Below are positions 62,272 through 64,000 of a stretch of 64,000 nt of DNA, piece after piece. The stretch is from a virus. The stretch's first letter is position 1, and each line of letters opens with the position of its first letter. The stretch lies in IMG/VR virus record IMGVR_UViG_3300049988_000263; one strand, given 5' to 3'. The notes under the pieces are model-generated. The model saw only the letters and a program-made list of their open reading frames with translations. It was not told where the DNA came from and did not search any database. The position numbers and the translations under genes were made by a program.

Positions 62272-63198
62272 ATGAAGAATGACGCTCAGGAAACCTTCGA
62301 TCTAATCACCCGAAACATCATCGCGGAACTCCAGAACGGCGTCCGCCCGTGGAAGCAGACGTGGTCCGAGTATGGCGGGTCGGCTCTGCCGAAGAACGCC
62401 CTCACCGGCAAGACCTACCAGGGCGGCAACATCCCCCTGCTCTGGGGCTCGGCCCTGGCGGAGGAGTTCTCCGTCCATAGCTGGCTTACTCTGAATCAGG
62501 CGAAGAAGGCCGGTGGCACCCCGATCGAGGGCGAGGCCCCGTTCAAGGTGGTGAAGTTCGGCTATGCCCCGATCCGCGACCCGAAGAATAAGGAAATTGT
62601 CCTCGCGACGATTCCCTATCTGAAGGCGTTCGAGGTCTACAACGTCAACCAGATCGACTACCTGCCGGACGCCTACTACGACCGTCCGACCCTGAACCCG
62701 ACCGAGCGCAACGCCCAGATCGAGGCGCTGATCTCTGGGCTTTCCCTGAAGATGCGCGAGCGTAAGGCGCCGGGCTACGTCGAGAAGACCGGCGAGATCG
62801 GCATTCCCGCGATGGGGGCGTTCGAGTCCGAGCACGCCTACTACACCGCTCTGTTCAATCTGATCGCCAACTGGTCGCTCGGCAAGGACCGACTGGATGT
62901 GAACCTCCAGAAAAAGTACGGCACCCGTGCGATGGCGTTCCAGGCGATCACCTGCGAACTCGCCTCCGCCTTTCTCTGCGCCCAATACGGGTACGATGTG
63001 ACGGAGTACCGGCACTCGGCGGCGATCGACGTGTGGATCGACGTGCTCAAAAGCGACTCCAAGGCGTTCATGAGCGCCGCCGCCCTGGCTGGCCGGATCG
63101 TCCGGTTCGTCCACGGGGAGGAGAAGCCCAAGCCGAAGCGCGAGAAGAAGGAAGCCGTGATGAAGAAGGCCAAGCTCGCCGCTGGAGCCCACGCATGA
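62272..63198 (+). CDS. ardC: ArdC-like anti-restriction / ssDNA-binding protein
   Basis: ITRNIIAEL..G..PW...P.NALTG..Y.G.N..LLW...WLT.NQA..AGG; C-terminal YA.E..A...AFLCA. Confidence 0.8.
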   Translation: MKNDAQETFDLITRNIIAELQNGVRPWKQTWSEYGGSALPKNALTGKTYQGGNIPLLWGSALAEEFSVHSWLTLNQAKKAGGTPIEGEAPFKVVKFGYAPIRDPKNKEIVLATIPYLKAFEVYNVNQIDYLPDAYYDRPTLNPTERNAQIEALISGLSLKMRERKAPGYVEKTGEIGIPAMGAFESEHAYYTALFNLIANWSLGKDRLDVNLQKKYGTRAMAFQAITCELASAFLCAQYGYDVTEYRHSAAIDVWIDVLKSDSKAFMSAAALAGRIVRFVHGEEKPKPKREKKEAVMKKAKLAAGAHA

Positions 63199-63686
63199 GC
63201 GGGCTCGATCATATGGCCATCCGGGACATCTATCAGATCGAGGGGATGGCGTTGCTCGCTGGATTCGATTGGTTCGGTGGGCATCCCGAACTCGAATCTC
63301 CATCGGAGGCAAACAAAGAGATGGTTCGGGCGGCCTCGGCCTACCGGAAGTGGTTCGAATCTCACAAAGACTGGTTCTCGGACAAGCTTGATACTGAGGT
63401 GATGCAGAGTATCGTCCATCTGATCCAGGCGCACGCCTCAACCACGGTCGTTCGCGATCTACTGATCAAGGACAACCTTTTAATGAAGAACGTCAAGAAC
63501 AAGGCCGATATCCCGAATTGGTACGTCAAGTACTCGATGTTCGACCCCACCATGGGGATGTACGATCCGGAAGAGGCGGAGAACTACTTCCGCCAGCGGA
63601 TGGTGAAACGCTTCAACACGCTGTCCCACTTCTTCGAGACACGCGTAGATCGCAAGAAGAAAAAGATGCATTTGACTTCCTCCTAA
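63195..63686 (+). CDS. Hypothetical protein
   Basis: Coupled to the ardC-like stop. Confidence 0.6.
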   Translation: MSGLDHMAIRDIYQIEGMALLAGFDWFGGHPELESPSEANKEMVRAASAYRKWFESHKDWFSDKLDTEVMQSIVHLIQAHASTTVVRDLLIKDNLLMKNVKNKADIPNWYVKYSMFDPTMGMYDPEEAENYFRQRMVKRFNTLSHFFETRVDRKKKKMHLTSS

Positions 63687-63727
63687 ATCGGCGTACATCA
63701 GGGGAATCAACCGCAGGAGCCCACCAT

Positions 63728-64000
63728 GATCAACCTCAACGCCGTCACGTTCACGCAGTCCGAGGGCCGGTTCACTGCGTTCGCGATGACGTTGAGCGAC
63801 GGCCTCGGTGTCACCGTAGATCGGGTCACCCAGGCTGATGCCTACTCGATCGACATCAAGGTGAGCCAGCCCCTGAGCACCGCGCAGATCATGAAGATTC
63901 TCCTCACCCCGATCGTGCTGGGTGAGACCGCCTACACCTGCGCCCGCATCACCCCTGGGTCGTTCAACGGAAACGCCTACAACGCGCTCGAATTCGACGC
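63728..64000 (+). CDS. Hypothetical protein (runs off the window)
   Basis: Early promoter variant 63672-63699; AGGAG SD; open frame to the edge. Confidence 0.6.

Overview
This window looks like part of a large, GC-rich T4-like (jumbo myovirus-type) phage genome; the host may be an alphaproteobacterium, but that is only inference. Recognisable genes include DnaJ (cut by the window edge), spanins, a metallophosphatase, three HNH proteins, a GNAT, an ADP-ribosylglycohydrolase, an ATPase-only terminase paralog, Ig-like virion proteins, a ClpB-like ATPase, an ArdC-like protein and a minimal, frameshifted HisRS. There are 14 canonical tRNAs and 2 atypical ones. Three unexplained systems stand out. 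(1) Three phage-encoded, apparently leaderless leader-peptide attenuators share one architecture (TTGACA promoter, xATAAATA + 5 nt + ATG, short peptide, antiterminator, CCCCGG/CCGGGG terminator). Their control codons match the tRNAs downstream: Ser/Gln before the Ser4/Gln2 cluster, His before tRNA-His and mini-HisRS, and Met/Cys/Pro/Tyr/Phe before the Tyr/Pro/Phe/Met/Cys/Pro cluster. (2) About 52 paralogous small ORFs end in F-x4-A-x-x-F-[KR]-[ML]-R-W and are expanded as local tandem subfamilies. (3) There are many unexplained ncRNAs: four tandem related modules each closed by a 21-25 bp stem, and several tRNA-like RNAs with non-canonical anticodon regions. All calls were made by eye, with no database searches.
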